Program-made: the position numbers and the translations under genes
The notes under the pieces: model-generated
Seen by the model: the letters and a program-made list of their open reading frames with translations, nothing else
Databases searched by the model: none
What the model was told of the DNA's origin: nothing
In this document: positions 37,851 to 50,890 of the stretch, in pieces
How the letters are laid out: each line of letters begins with the position of its first letter
How positions within the stretch are numbered: position 1 is the first letter of the stretch
Assembly: GCA_965644295.1 (NCBI GenBank)
Contig: CBFFRP010000041.1
Span: forward strand, 186,001-250,000
DNA: 64,000 nucleotides
From: Paraphysomonas bandaiensis
Taxonomy: Eukaryota > Protista > Chrysophyceae
Direction: 5' to 3'

Positions 37851-39051
37851 TCACCGTATTATATCACCTTCCAGAACATCACCACTTTCCCTTTCACTAC
37901 TCGGCACACTATTATCACCTGACGAATCGTTATGCGCACTGACATTAACCACCACTTCAGATACTTCGGTCTTCTCGATGCAGTCAACTGCATCCACTTC
38001 TACTTCTACTACATCGACAATACTATTGTCATCAGTACTTCTAATTACACTGTCATCGATATCATTGCTCTTGGCATCGCCACATTTATCGCTTGGGCTA
38101 TTGCTCACTATGGGATCCCATGCAAGGGAAGAAAGCGCATCCGAGAATTCCTCCAACAAGACGTGTCCAGTAGATGTCACAGCGGCGAAAGTAATTGGCA
38201 CACCATTAGCCTGTGACAGCAATGATAATACTGTGGGTGCCGAAAATACATATTCTCCTGACCTGCAATTATAAACAATTACGAGGACAAAGTGAAGCTC
38301 CAATATACAACTCACGTGACAACGACGTACGACGACGGTATCGTTGTTGCAGCAGAGCGCTTCGACCATGACGATGAATTAGGAAATATCGTGTACGATA
38401 CCATTAGGTCAAACAAGCTTTCTCCAGGGTGCAATTGAGTTAGATCTACGTTGTGTTCAATCCAGGACAAAGAATAAAAGTTCACAACATACCGTATACA
38501 TCAGAGTCACCCGGTATATTTCTGACCGATTTACCATGCCTCATTACAATGTAGTCCAGACTCTTCACAAAATGCGTTATCAATAAGTCTTCTAATAGTG
38601 ATGCAATAGAGCTTACCTTAAGCTTTGAGTAAACCAAATAACATGGCAGAGATATTCCTTTAACAACAGCATTATAAAACTCATCACGCCTTAGCATAAC
38701 ATTCGGCTTCTCAAAGACAGCCAAGTGATTCTTCTCTAGAAGATAGAGAGCCTCCTCCGGGTGCAGGTAGTTCTTACCCCCCTCAGAGTATCCCATAACT
38801 CTCCAGTAGTTCCCGCGTGTTACTCTCAGTTCTGCTACCTCTAGATTCCTGAACCACTTCGCAGTAGAGGTCTTTTTCCCGACAGTGATATCGAGGGAGT
38901 CGTTTATGGAGGTGGGTTTGATCTTACTCTTCTTAGTGCTGCTGTTGCTGTTGTTGTTAGTGTTAACATCAGCGGATCCTCCTTTACGTTTACGACTATC
39001 ACCACCAGCAGATGGAAGTGAGTTATCTGCTAGAATCATCGTGTCTGTCAT
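37851..39051 (-). CDS. TSEN54: tRNA-splicing endonuclease subunit Sen54-like
   Basis: Sen54 N-terminal signature RGNYWRVMG...NYLHPEEALYLLEK, YLVYSKLKSLDYIVMRH across an intron, ITFAAV near the C-terminus; three introns. Confidence 0.8.
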
Positions 39052-39230
39052 GATGCTGATGGGACTCGTACAGTGGTAATATATGCATATGTTCTCTGTA
39101 CATACCTTAACATCTAGTGGATACAGCACACAGCAGTGACTCTATATAGACTGGAGGTGAAGTGGAACACTGAAGTTGATTATATATTATGAAATTAATT
39201 TCATCGTGAATGTGAACAACGAATTCTCGT

Positions 39231-39302
39231 GGTCTTATAGTGTAGTGGTTATCACTCCAGACTTTGAATCTGGCACCCTGGGTTCGAATCCCAGTAAGAC
39301 CA
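39231..39302 (+). tRNA. tRNA-Gln(UUG), intronless
   Basis: Acceptor stem GGTCTTA/TAAGACC, D-arm TAGTGTAGTGGTTATCAC, anticodon arm CCAGA-CTTTGAA-TCTGG, T-arm CTGGGTTCGAATCCCAG, followed by a Pol III T-run. Confidence 0.97.
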
Positions 39303-39441
39303 TTCCTTTTTTGTCGTTTTTTGTTTATACTCGTACCACTGTGCCGTACCGGCGTACCAATGCACCGTATCATCATTACGGGTGTGTTGCGTCCTCTACT
39401 TTTAGATATGGGGGCTTGTCTAACACTCTCAGGGTAAGCAT

Positions 39442-39500
39442 TGAGGTGATGAGGTAAATCTTTTGGATAATGAGGTGATGAGGTAAATCTTTTGGGTAAT
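39442..39500. repeat. 29-bp tandem duplication (tgaggtgatgaggtaaatcttttgg)
   Basis: Two adjacent copies are visible. Confidence 0.8.
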
Positions 39501-39607
39501 GGGTAATCAAATCATATCTGCTGATGACTGGATGACTCATATCCTCTAATTAATAATGAATGCTGATACATACTCTGCATATATATATAAATTATATTAG
39601 TGATAAT

Positions 39608-40846
39608 ATGAGTGAATTCAATTATGATCTTGAACAAGAAGAGGCTGAAGGTGTTGAACCCATCACATCTGTTGATACTGATGTCATGCCTTGTCTGCAG
39701 CTGAAGGATGTACCAGCTATTGTCCAGATGGAAGAAATGCTGAAGCATTTAACTACTGATACTACTCCATCGAAACAGAAGCGATTGTTGGAGAAGCACA
39801 AGTATGTTCATATTACTCTGCTACATTGTTGGAGACAATATCTGCGTAGTATCAGACCATGCCAAAAGCCCTTCTCTATGGGATCAGGCATCACTTAAAT
39901 TGGTTGAGGCTATTACAAGTGTTCCCACAAGACGTACAAGTGTCATTTTTTCTTATTTGCTGAACAAAAGTGGCCGACTTCTTTTGAGTGATATGTGGAT
40001 ACCGTTTTAGACAAGCAGCCTTCTGACGAATTTCGGAATAAATTCAGTAACTTGAGCGAGGAAAAGTTTCGACTCAGATATTTTTGGAAAACATATCCTA
40101 GCTACCTATTTGAACACCAAGAGTCAAGACAACAGACAATGGAATCCTCACTGGAGAATGGACGTTCTGGAGAAATCAGGATCAACTCCAGCAAGCGTTT
40201 TCTACACTATTTGTGAGTATTGCCGCGAGAGATCTTGCTGAGGAAGCGAAGGCTTCACTGTTAAATGTATTAAGTATAGGAAGGCACAAGCAGGAAAAGG
40301 TTTCGAAGTTGAAGACCCTATTGTATTTACAGAGGATCATACCGAGGAGATGGAGCTAGCAAAGCGGGTAGCTGATCTGAGACAGAGTCAGCCATTCAAA
40401 GTAAGAAAATTCGATGTGGCCTGACCTGTCTTCGTACTCTACGGTAAACCGGCTACTCTACGACGCGTATATAATTCCTTCGTTAGAGGAAACGACTAAA
40501 CCAAGCAAGCCCTAACTGTGCACGGGTAGTATCCTTCGTTCGAAGGACTCCTTACCAAGCAAGACCGCCCGACACTGCCTAGATCAAAGCACTCGGAGAT
40601 GTGCTAGGAGCAGCAGTACATCTCCCGTGAAAGCTGTGTGTTTATGTGGAGAAGAAAACGGGAATACACAGATTTGTTAGGGCTAGCTGCCTTGTGCAGG
40701 CATTAGGGGAAATGGCTGATAAAGGAATTCCTGTAGATCGCACAGTGCTTGAGCTTGCATACAAGAACCTGTCAAGAGCAATCGATTCTCAAGTTGAAGC
40801 CTTTGTTCAGGCTGGTGAACAAAATATTTATAATCAAACGAAGTGA
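39608..40846 (+). pseudogene. Hypothetical gene or pseudogene of unknown family
   Basis: Protein-like segments (MSEFNYDLEQEEAEG..., ...RFVRASCLVQALGEMADKGIPVDRTVLELAY) lie in different frames; I could not join them into one frame with canonical introns. Confidence 0.35.
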
Positions 40847-41702
40847 ATTCAAAGTTCGTTTTCAAAGAGAAGGATATACAGTCTCCCAGTGCGTCTGTAA
40901 TAACGAAAATCCCTTCATGAACTTAAAACCTGTGCATATGTACCTTAGCTTCAGTATGTGTATATGTACTAGTACTAATTTCACTACAGTTATCATACTC
41001 ATTTCACTTCTAGTAGAGTATGACTCAGAGTATAAAGGCGTAGTGGTGTGATTAAGTGATTAACGCTTATGGCCGATTATTGCAGTCAGCTCTGCGAGTT
41101 ACTGTTTCAAGGTATCAGTACATATCAATTTAGAATAATAATTCTAGTATGAGAGGCTGTAATAATACAGATTTTGTGAGCGAGCGAGCACATTGATATA
41201 AAGATATAAAGGCACTCGTATTCTAACTTTCGACTCAATACTAGCAGCGCCAAACGAGAAGGAAGATATTTCCATTACTACAAGCCTGGTCTCTTTTTCA
41301 ATATCAAGTAAATTATTGTGATATCACTTCACCCTTACTTATTCAAAAATTATTTTTATATCGTAAGTTTTAATCTCTATTTAAATCCCACTATTCATAG
41401 ATGGTTCATTATCAAAACTCAAAACTATTAATCACTACATAGTCGTATTAATACATCATAATGTATGACATAACGTGTATTACTAGTACAATCTTCAAAA
41501 AAAACATAAGCGAGGTTAAGCAACACCAGTCCTTAATACAGAACATAATCACAGGAATTATACATCAACGTAATAATATCAACTGCCACGGATCGGACAA
41601 TATATATGAGTGCTTACCCCTCAGTATTGTTTGGCGTTCTGCCCAATATCAAAACAGTTTTCCAATATATGATATTCATATACTTTGTATAAATGCGTAG
41701 TG

Positions 41703-42662
41703 TTAGCATATACTATGCGAGGAAAAAGAATACGAAACAAATATTCTTCGAGCGTTACTCCTAGAGGATTCCGGTGATGCAACAAGCGCGCTAACAGGCT
41801 TGCTTCGTATTTTGAGCTGAGGAGTCATACACAACTCATCATCACTCAACACGGCAATAAGAGGATCACAAACACCTCTGGGGCTATTAAATCGACCAAT
41901 ATCAGTGTTAATACTGCAAGAACATCGTGGTATTCCACAAGAACTGCTGTCAAACTTACGAGAAGAGGCATTATCAGCATTTTCAATCTTCTCCAACTGC
42001 TTAGTCAGCTGCTGCTTGAACATTTCATCAGCATACTTCGAATCAAGGGTCTGTACATAAATTGCATTAGCCTGAACTGGAATAGACTGGCGACGAACAG
42101 ACAGCACCACTCAAAAATTCTCTCCACATATATTCTTGCATAGGTTGCGATGAACAGTATACAGGGGGGCACTGAGAACGAGATGACCCGCACACCACTC
42201 GGCAAATATACTATGAGTAACAGACTTCGAATTGAAGAGTAGTAACTCAACTACAGACTGAAGGGCCCTATTAGTTTTAAAACTTTCTCCGTGTATATCT
42301 TCTAGTAGGTCATGTACTTCAGACACTGTCAACTTGCCAGTGTGATCCTGGTCATATATATGGAAAACATAAGGTCCTAATTCACTGGGTTGAAGCGTAA
42401 GAAAGCACCACATTCTTTAGACGAACTGACAGAAGCTTATGGTTTTAACTCCAGTTTTTTTGATATTCAAAACATGTTTCATTAATTTCTTTAAGCGGGC
42501 TGAATATTCATTAAGGAACTTATCGATGTCGATATGGTTATGGTCTGAGACAAGGCATGACGCCAAGGAAGCATGTATCTCTCTTATTTCATGCTCTCTT
42601 AAGCCGATTTCCGCTAGTAGTTCGGATTGTGGTACCTGAATGTGCGATATACAGTTGCCCAT
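41703..42662 (-). pseudogene. Myristoylated EF-hand (calcineurin B / NCS-like) reading frame with two in-frame stops
   Basis: Three consecutive ORFs share one frame: MGNC start, EF loop FHIYDQDHTGKLTVSE, TAA at 42417-42419 (QFV*RMW), TGA at 42111-42113 (GENF*VVL). Confidence 0.75.
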
Positions 42663-43163
42663 ATCGCTATAGGATCATGAATATAATGCACTCTCATGGT
42701 ACTCATATTGGGCTATTCCAGTAGCACTTCAAGTGTTACTATAGACATATACGCACGAAGCTATCGTCATTGATGGGTGTTTCCTGTTCGATTCTACTCA
42801 GCCATATCAGTCCAAGCCCTGTGCACTGTCGAGCACACTTCGTACTATAGACAGAAGTGTATACCGTATACACAGCAGAACGGTCTGTCTAATGGATACA
42901 CAGTATTATATAGATACACACTACAGCCGTATACATAAAGTATGACATGGACACTCTGACAGATGTCAGATAGATGCGCCTCTCAGTTGATACGACTGTA
43001 CAGGCAGATATCTATATATATATATGACAGAGGAATTGTTAGAGAGCTGTTGTAATTGTTATCCGCTTTCAACTGTATAGCGAAGTATTTGCATTAAATA
43101 TTAATGCCAGATCCTTTACCTGATAGATTTATGGGCTAGGACTACTGGTGGACCTACTGTACC

Positions 43164-43977
43164 ATGTATAACATTCGGGTAACTCAATATCAATGAATAT
43201 GTGAGGCGTGATGTGCTATGTTGTAGGTGAGATTAAATGCGGTCACCTTCTTTGCTTTCTCTGTTCTGTTTGGCCTGACGGCGATGTGTTGTATGAGGTG
43301 ACGAACCGTTTATATTACTAAGGATTTTTTAACGTGTCGTGTCGAGACTAGCACGTACTTTCACGAAGGCCAAGCAGTGGTCAAGACATTGCGGCTCAAT
43401 AACATTCGATCATTGTAAGTGCATTTATATAGAATGTTCAGAGTATTGTTATAATTATAACAGGAGATATCATAACGGGGCAGATAGGGCGCTTTTTAGT
43501 TTCGATGTGGAGGCAGGTACAACTTCACAATTTCACTCCCTATATATTTCATGAAATTTATTAGACTTGAGTCCCGTGTGGCACTGGAATAGCAATTACT
43601 TATTCGTGTACATAGTAGCCGAGTACCAATCCGATGCCAATGTAAGGGCGTAAAGTCCTTTTTATAATCTAACTTTGTATTTGAAGGTTTTGAATCAAGT
43701 TGTAATTTGGGACAAAATTATCGACAATAAGGAGAGATTAAGGTTCAAACAAACGAATGAGTTCGTAAAGTATGCACTGATTGATCAGGGGTCGGAACTC
43801 CGGTAACATATTAATGCTTCTTGAGGAGTCTTGTAACGATTTTTTGTCAGTGGTAAGGAAGTAACTTTGACGCTGATGTGGGATCATATGCCCATAGCTG
43901 GGCTTATGTGTTTTGAATCGGTTTACAACAATACCTTCCAGTTACCGTTAGTTTACAAGGATGAAGTGAAACAGTAG
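43164..43977 (+). CDS. SPCS3: Signal peptidase complex subunit 3 (SPC22/23)
   Basis: Seven small exons give MYNIRVRLNAVTFFAFSVLFGLTAMCCMS...DVEADLSPVWHWNSNYLFVYIVAEYQSDANVLNQVVIWDKII...KYALIDQGSELRGKEVTLTLMWDHMPIAG; mostly missed by the ORF track. Confidence 0.9.
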
Positions 43978-45325
43978 TATTGTCCTGGCTGCGTCGTTTA
44001 GATGGCACAGAGAAAAGTCGCCTTTATTTATCAATCTGGGAGTGCTTTCTATTAGGGATGTAGTTTTCCAAGCAACCTTTCACTATTTTGCCACCGTCCG
44101 TAGAATGGGTGTAAAAATATATATGAATGGCATGGTGTCCTCCTTTCTGAGGAATACATGCACTAATACATCTGTCGTATGTACTATACAGTTCTGCAGT
44201 ACTATATATATAGTGCAGTTGAAATGAATTTAGTTACTGACGTTTGTTTATATATAATATTTTAGGAATGTGGACAAATGATAAGATATAATGTTCACCA
44301 GGTGTTACATGAATATTATGTGAAATGCTTGGATTGATAGTTGTGTTCTTTCTGGGACGTGCATATCTGGTATCTGGTAACTAAGTTTGTGTGCAACAAA
44401 GCAAGTTTAAGGCTTACGTAGTACAAGGCTGATCTCAGCTACATGCCCCAACTTAACGACTACTATGAATATCAATAGTTACATAAAACATGTACCTATA
44501 CCCTATACTAAGGATTATATTTCTAATATATAACTCGTATGACTAGAAGCAGATTATAAGTGTTTTATGTACATTGAAATATAGTTTGTCAAGTCTGTTA
44601 TTGACTTAGTGGGCTTTGTTGAATAGATATGTTACATTTGCATGTTTCAGTCATGTATGAGTAACTGTCTGTATAAAGAAGTATAGGTTAATGATTAATA
44701 CACTTTCTTTAGCAATACAGCCTTACTACTCAGACACAAAACAAAACAACTCAAGATAATGCTATATATTCAGTTGTTTGCGGCATAGTTTGTTTTAGTA
44801 ATTAAAAGAGTTGTTATGATATAGAAGCAATAATGTACATACATACCTGGACAGCTTTGCAATGCGATGGAGATTCGTCTGTATTTGCTGTGCTGCGTTC
44901 CTACTGCAAAATATTAATCACAAATTGCATTCAGAGATAAAACAGAAGCAACATTCATGAAGTACAATACAGAATGAGCCAGATACATTAGGTGGAGAAT
45001 GTTTCAACTGTTGGTGGATATGTCCACCTCTGTGGCCACACTGCCAACTGCAATCAACGTATTTTCTATGTATACCGGTATATCTTGTATAGTACAGTGC
45101 ACTGGATATGGGATGATGGGATGTCTACATGGGTCTGTGCATCTCAAGGCAGATAGATGAAGTGAGCAAAGTGGTGTCCTTTCAGTACTCGAATTCAGCA
45201 AAAGTGAATTCTTATGTGTGTATTTGAATTATATGGCAGTATGGTGAACACGACTGATCCACTTCATACCCCCCTCATTACTATGTCTTGTTTCCTATTG
45301 CGCTGCTCGTATATCTCGTCTAGTT

Positions 45326-46825
45326 ATGTTATTGTTGATTATGATCATTATGTGCTGGTCACAGATCAGTGCAACAGAGATCTCTTATATTCCTGATCAA
45401 ACACATCACTGGTGTTGCTCTGGTGGAAGTAACGGCGATGATCTTCCCTTAGGATACAAATTGTCGTTGGGTGATCGGTTTGGGAGGTCACTCTCTTATG
45501 TCGGAGATCTTAACGGAGATGGTATTAATGATATCGTAGTAGGCAGTTACCGTAAGTTTAATTGTTTTTATTTTCTCTGTAATTGTATGGTGGTGTGTGT
45601 AGGTGATGGAGATGGTGGTAAGCGTGCTGGGGCCTTGTATGTACTACTTATGGAAACTAATAGTTCTGTACGATATACCCAGAAGATCAGTGCTCTCTAT
45701 GGAGGATTAAAAAACTACTTTATTCTGAAGGATGAGGATATGTTTGGGCAGTCTGTTTGTGGCATTGGGGATTTAAATGGAGATGGTACGGGTGATATTG
45801 CGGTGGGCGCTGCAGGCCATGTGTACATTTTGCTCTTAAACAGCAATGGGACCATTTTCAGAGCTACCCGCGTCAGTAGTTTCTACGAAGGGTTTGGTAT
45901 GAGTGTGAATGATGCTGGTGACCTTGACGGCGATGGGTTCGGAGATTTAGTTGTAAGTTCTAATGAGGCCATGCACGTTTTCTATATGACTGGTGATGGG
46001 ACGTTCAAAAGTGAACAAATTCTCAATAAAAGTACTTTTTTCGACACTGAAAGAGATATTATGTTCAGCGGTATTACAGCTACTCTTCGGCCTAATTTAT
46101 CCTCTCTACTGTTGATAGTTGGCTGGGTTTATACTGACATGCAGGGTACTGTCTACTTAACAGCCATTCATATTGACTCGCCTTCGCTCATTGTAAGGAA
46201 TATTTCCTCCGTATTTTGCAATTCTAGTGGTGGGGTGAGCGATATAGTTAGTGTGGGAAGCGTGGGAGAAGATGGCTTGCCGGGAGTTCTCGTAGCGATG
46301 ACTAGTGGGTCCATTGCTCTTGCTCTCCTGACGGAACAGTTAACAGCTCTGAAGGACACAGTTTTCCTACCACCCGGAGTCAGCACATGCAAGGCTTTTT
46401 CTGTTACTGAAAAATTGACTGGGGATCATGATAGAAGGTCACTCCTTTGTGGTGTGGGAGGGAGGCCTGGTACAGTGGTTATAATACCGATAAACCTCTC
46501 TGTTCCTTTAACATATCAGCCGTCATCTTTCCCTACATCTTTGTCCAGTCTTCCCGATCCATCACATATGCCCGCATCCAAACATAGCTTTGTTTTAGAC
46601 ATAGATACTCAAGATTTTCTCTTAGGGTTGCTCCTGGTTGTCGTTATTTGCTGCAGTTTAGCGATGGCTTCATATCTCAAAGTTGAGGGGGGAAAGGAAA
46701 GAAAGGATACAGACACACACACGACAAGCTGTAACGACGATATTGGAAGTTGTGGAATGGAAAGTCTTGACCTTGGGGACGAATTTGAAGATATTCCTTT
46801 GTCATCACCGCCATTGAACGAGTAG
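45326..46825 (+). CDS. FG-GAP (integrin-alpha-like) repeat type-I membrane protein
   Basis: Signal peptide; three FG...GDLNGDG..D..VG repeats; Ser/Pro stalk; TM FLLGLLLVVVICCSLAMASYL; acidic tail; probable in-frame intron at about 45552-45602. Confidence 0.82.
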   Translation: MLLLIMIIMCWSQISATEISYIPDQTHHWCCSGGSNGDDLPLGYKLSLGDRFGRSLSYVGDLNGDGINDIVVGSYRKFNCFYFLCNCMVVCVGDGDGGKRAGALYVLLMETNSSVRYTQKISALYGGLKNYFILKDEDMFGQSVCGIGDLNGDGTGDIAVGAAGHVYILLLNSNGTIFRATRVSSFYEGFGMSVNDAGDLDGDGFGDLVVSSNEAMHVFYMTGDGTFKSEQILNKSTFFDTERDIMFSGITATLRPNLSSLLLIVGWVYTDMQGTVYLTAIHIDSPSLIVRNISSVFCNSSGGVSDIVSVGSVGEDGLPGVLVAMTSGSIALALLTEQLTALKDTVFLPPGVSTCKAFSVTEKLTGDHDRRSLLCGVGGRPGTVVIIPINLSVPLTYQPSSFPTSLSSLPDPSHMPASKHSFVLDIDTQDFLLGLLLVVVICCSLAMASYLKVEGGKERKDTDTHTTSCNDDIGSCGMESLDLGDEFEDIPLSSPPLNE

Positions 46826-47501
46826 AAATGATTTCACAACGATAAGAGTAACTAATAATTGTCAATGTTGAGTTCCTACATTACTTGCATTAGAGAAAAC
46901 CAACGTAACATTGATATGTAAATTCCGCTGCTTATCTCATCTGGTTTCACTGTTAAAACTTGCGGTATTATTTTGTTGGTCTATTTAAAAGCATCAGAAT
47001 CCCTTTAGAACTTAGGATAGCTATTGCTAGAATATATACAAGAATCTTGACATTTGATATCACTGTTATTTGTTATATCAAACGAATTCGCCAACCCAGT
47101 GATAGAATTAACCACTATATACTAGTATTGTAGTGCTCTAGTAACTAGTAACAATGCAATCAGATACTACTATGCTAGCCCCATGACGCAGTCGCATTTT
47201 TATTTACTATGATGCTGTGGTTGCTTGCTTATCATCTAACCCACACTCTATCAATAATGGTAGGAAACGTCACTTCCATTCTATCATATACGCATGTCAC
47301 GATATCTGAAATATCACAATTCTACTCGGAAATATACAAATACTATAACGACATTGGATGACATGTGAGAACTACATTTATTACAAAAAGTTACATCATA
47401 AAATATTATATGCAATCAAAACAAAGCTAACACAAATACTACGTCCCCTAGCCACTATAGGGAGCAACGATTTCATAAATTTTTCGTACTAGAGAGTTTT
47501 A

Positions 47502-47723
47502 CTATTGTGCATCGATTTCTTTCGGGGTTGGAAGAGACTCAATGTCATAGATAACTCTAATGCGGAGGGTACAACTGGGGCACGTAGCAATGTCTTCTTC
47601 ATCTAACAAATCTTCTAGGTATATCGAGAACTTATCTCCACATGGGCATGGGTATGTGAACGTTTCTGTCTTCTCGTCAAAAGTCATATCCTCAATTTCG
47701 ACCTCCTCATAAATTCCTGCCAT
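47502..47723 (-). CDS. DPH3: Diphthamide biosynthesis protein 3 / Kti11 (CSL zinc finger)
   Basis: [15 protein letters not shown]...[13 protein letters not shown]...[15 protein letters not shown]. Confidence 0.95.
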   Translation of the reverse strand: MAGIYEEVEIEDMTFDEKTETFTYPCPCGDKFSIYLEDLLDEEDIATCPSCTLRIRVIYDIESLPTPKEIDAQ

Positions 47724-48349
47724 TGTGCAGATAATCTGACTCACTGGCTGCTTTACTTTCCTTCTAAACTCGCCGATAGAAATATATCGCAGTAAGAAGT
47801 TCACTGGTCTTTATTCTGCGTGTGTATGTTATATATTCTGTGAATGAGACATATACATGTATCCTCAGGCCGACTGACGATCAGACATATAGACGAAAAA
47901 ACTACATCCCTGCCCTCTATATGTATACAGTAGCTCAGTACATACCTTCCTCCTCATATGATTGAATTGAATGGCTGCAACACTCTGCTCCAATCAACTC
48001 TTCTGGATTTTTTTTCGCTTTTTCTTTATGGTATATGATCAGAATACAGTCTGAAATACGGCTGATTAAAAAATTAGCATTCAGTATACAGAGCTAAGGT
48101 ACAACAGTATACTGCTGTATAAATATCCCTATACGATTCTGCTATATGCTGTCTGTTGCGTATAGAGGTACTGTATGTATGTATATGTATGAGAGTAGAT
48201 AGAGCGAGTGCAGTGCAGCAGATGCACATACACTGCACTGCTGTGGACACATTCTACTCCCTTTAGTGTTAGAGTTAGAGAATAAGAGCAATAAACAAGC
48301 TCTCAAAGTGTTGCACATTTGCTCTTGTCACTGCAGGTACAAGGCGGCA

Positions 48350-49173
48350 TGTCGGATGGATGGAGTCAAGATATGCTGCGGGTGGTTAACAGGCTAATTG
48401 AAAGAAGAGACAGCGAACCTTTTAGAAAACCTGTTCCCTGGGAGGAGCTCGGTCTAGATGATTATCTCAGTGTTGTTAAAGTCCCTATGGATCTAGGAAC
48501 CATACAGAAGAGCTTGAAGCGCATGGAGTACCAGTGTAGAGAGGACTGTGTGCAGCATATCCGCCTAGTTTGGGCTAATGCAATGGCGTATAATGCGGTA
48601 CGTGCTTGTTGTATTTCTATAAACATCTGAGCTGTTGTAGCCTGGTAGCAAAGTGTATAACACAGCCAAATCACTGTCAGACTACTTCGAGGACATGCTG
48701 AAAGATAAATTCAGTGGAAAGTATAGGTGAGTGGGAGTGCATTTCTCTACAAACCCACAATGATATGTATAATAATCAGACCCCCTACCATTGGAGAGCT
48801 GACCGCTCTGATTGAGAACTGCTATAAGTAAGTGTGTACGCAAGTTTTAGTATCATGTTGTCACGACATTCTTCAGACTCACAAGCGAGGAACTGGGGCA
48901 GGTGATTGCTGTTTTAGAAAAAAAGTGTCCGCGGTGTTTATGTAAGGTAACACATACAGTACTTTTTCATTTCTGTATGTAAGTTTTTTATAGAAACCTG
49001 ATGACAACGAAGTAGTTCTTGATGTTGATCTCATATCCGTTGCTGCCTATCATGACATCACAGCCATGATACGGAAGATGTTGCCCTTTGCCGGAGAATC
49101 TACGAGTACAGTAAAAAAGAGAACATCAGACGCATCGGACCCTCCCTCCTCTGGCAAGAAGCGTAGGCAGTAA
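48350..49173 (+). CDS. Small single-bromodomain + ET(NET)-domain protein
   Basis: SEPFRKPV...DYLSVVKVPMDLGTI...NAMAYN; ET-like KLTSEELGQVIAVLEKKCP...EVVLDVDLIS; four introns; basic NLS-like end GKKRRQ. Confidence 0.85.
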
Positions 49174-49519
49174 TGTCATTTAGTTCTCCAGTACATATGT
49201 TCAACCTTTCATAGAAACAACCGGTTCTGAAACATGGACTGTTGATCGCTGACTGACTGGTTGCCTGATTTTGTATCTCTGTCGGCTGTCTGCATTTATA
49301 TTGTTTTCTAAATTTCAATTGACTAGTAAATAAGCTAGTAAATAGTGTGTTTGTTTCGCCTTTGTGCTAATTTCGGAACTCTTTTTGTTTAAAATGCACA
49401 CAGTAGTGTGAATTGTAGATAAGGAGTAGCATCTGCGCACTCATCCGTGATACAGATATACTTTTCAAGATGCTGACTCTGTCGCTACTACGATAACTTT
49501 CTCTATTGTATAATTATTG

Positions 49520-50890
49520 GGAGGCACTTGTACTCAACCTCTAACACACTTTTTCTTAATGCTACGACAAATACAGAAAGGGCCAGGTAAAAATATAAGA
49601 CTCTCTACTCTCTCAAATATATGTCTTGAATCCGCCTTTCACAGACACAAGGAGTGTCTTCGGAAAATTCTAATTGACCCGACCCTACCACCTAGGAGTT
49701 CCGTCATTCTCAAGAAACTCTCCAGCAGAGCCTGGAGTACCTCACTTCCGTAGGAGCTATCACCGAGGCTGAAGTGGAAATCGTTTTTGGAATACAATAC
49801 AATTGCACCCTCAATTCGCGTGGACTATGAGCCATTGATAAAGTAGTTGTTACCCTCTTTCAACCTCTTTACGCTGCAGCCAAACAAATGCTTCAAGGTC
49901 GTAGTGGGCGTTATGCTGCCAAACCTAAGGGGACACATCAACTCCCCTAGACTGCGTCAGCGACGTGGCAACACACGATGTAACATACGAAGCAGAGAAT
50001 GGCAGAGTTCGCAGTTTTCCCCCAGATCGTGTCTAACATACGGCAACACACGATTTAAATCGAGCAACACCCAGCGGAAGCCGCGGGTTCTACGCTTTCT
50101 ACGTGTAAAGCGGAGACCTAACGCGCCCCTCCGGTCGCCTTCCTCTTCCAACACCCCGCCTCAGCAGAGACGCCACGAGGACAACTCTGTCAGCTACTCC
50201 TCTGCCCCAGGCCCAACTCGCAGTTGGAGTCATTCAAACACCGGGGACCCAACATACCCCCTCGCCCATGTATCTCAGGTAAAGAACACGACTCACTTAT
50301 ACAGAATCCTCCTCCATAAAGTCCTGAGGAGCCCTACCACAAGGACATCCCCGTGACTAATCCTTTTGTACCTCAAGGAAAACGTCCACAGAGAGCTTCT
50401 CCCCCACATACATGAACGAAAGTGGTTGAACCTTTGTGTGTTTGCGGCAACGCACAACCTGCTTCTGTAGCGTTACAATAGTAAGAATATGAGAATTATA
50501 TATTTTTGCTTGTGCTACAATATATTTATTATTATTTTAGCATAATTTGGCCATACATATTGTTCATGGTTGTCTCTCTTTAAAAATATATTTAATTAAT
50601 CATTAATTACTCTTCATAATCACATAACTCGTCTATTATTATAATATCGAAGGACTCCAAGTCATAAAGTCAGCAAATATCCGGTATATCAACATTCTGA
50701 TTATTGCTCACTGCCTTTGGTTTGAGCGACAGAGCAAAAGTAGTTGCACCTTGGTGCTTGATGTGACACGTACATGCAGCTTTCGTAGCGCAAAATAGTG
50801 GGATATCAGAGATAAGCACTAGTTAGTTAAATTGCAATGCTGCATTAGTTCTGACTCTTACATGCCTGTTGCTTATAATTAGACATTCAT
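49520..50890 (+). mobile_element. Decayed C-rich retroelement body followed by the shared 3' tail (50415-50490) and a further partial copy (50660-50890)
   Basis: Local similarity to 61900-62350 (KPRVLRFL vs RPRVLRLL; tatacagaatcct vs aatacagaatcct), followed by gcggcaacgcacaacctgcttctgtagcg. Confidence 0.6.

Noticed and set aside
41703-42662. Alternative genetic code
   Set aside because: TAA, TAG and TGA all end conserved genes normally in this window, and conserved exons contain no in-frame stops.
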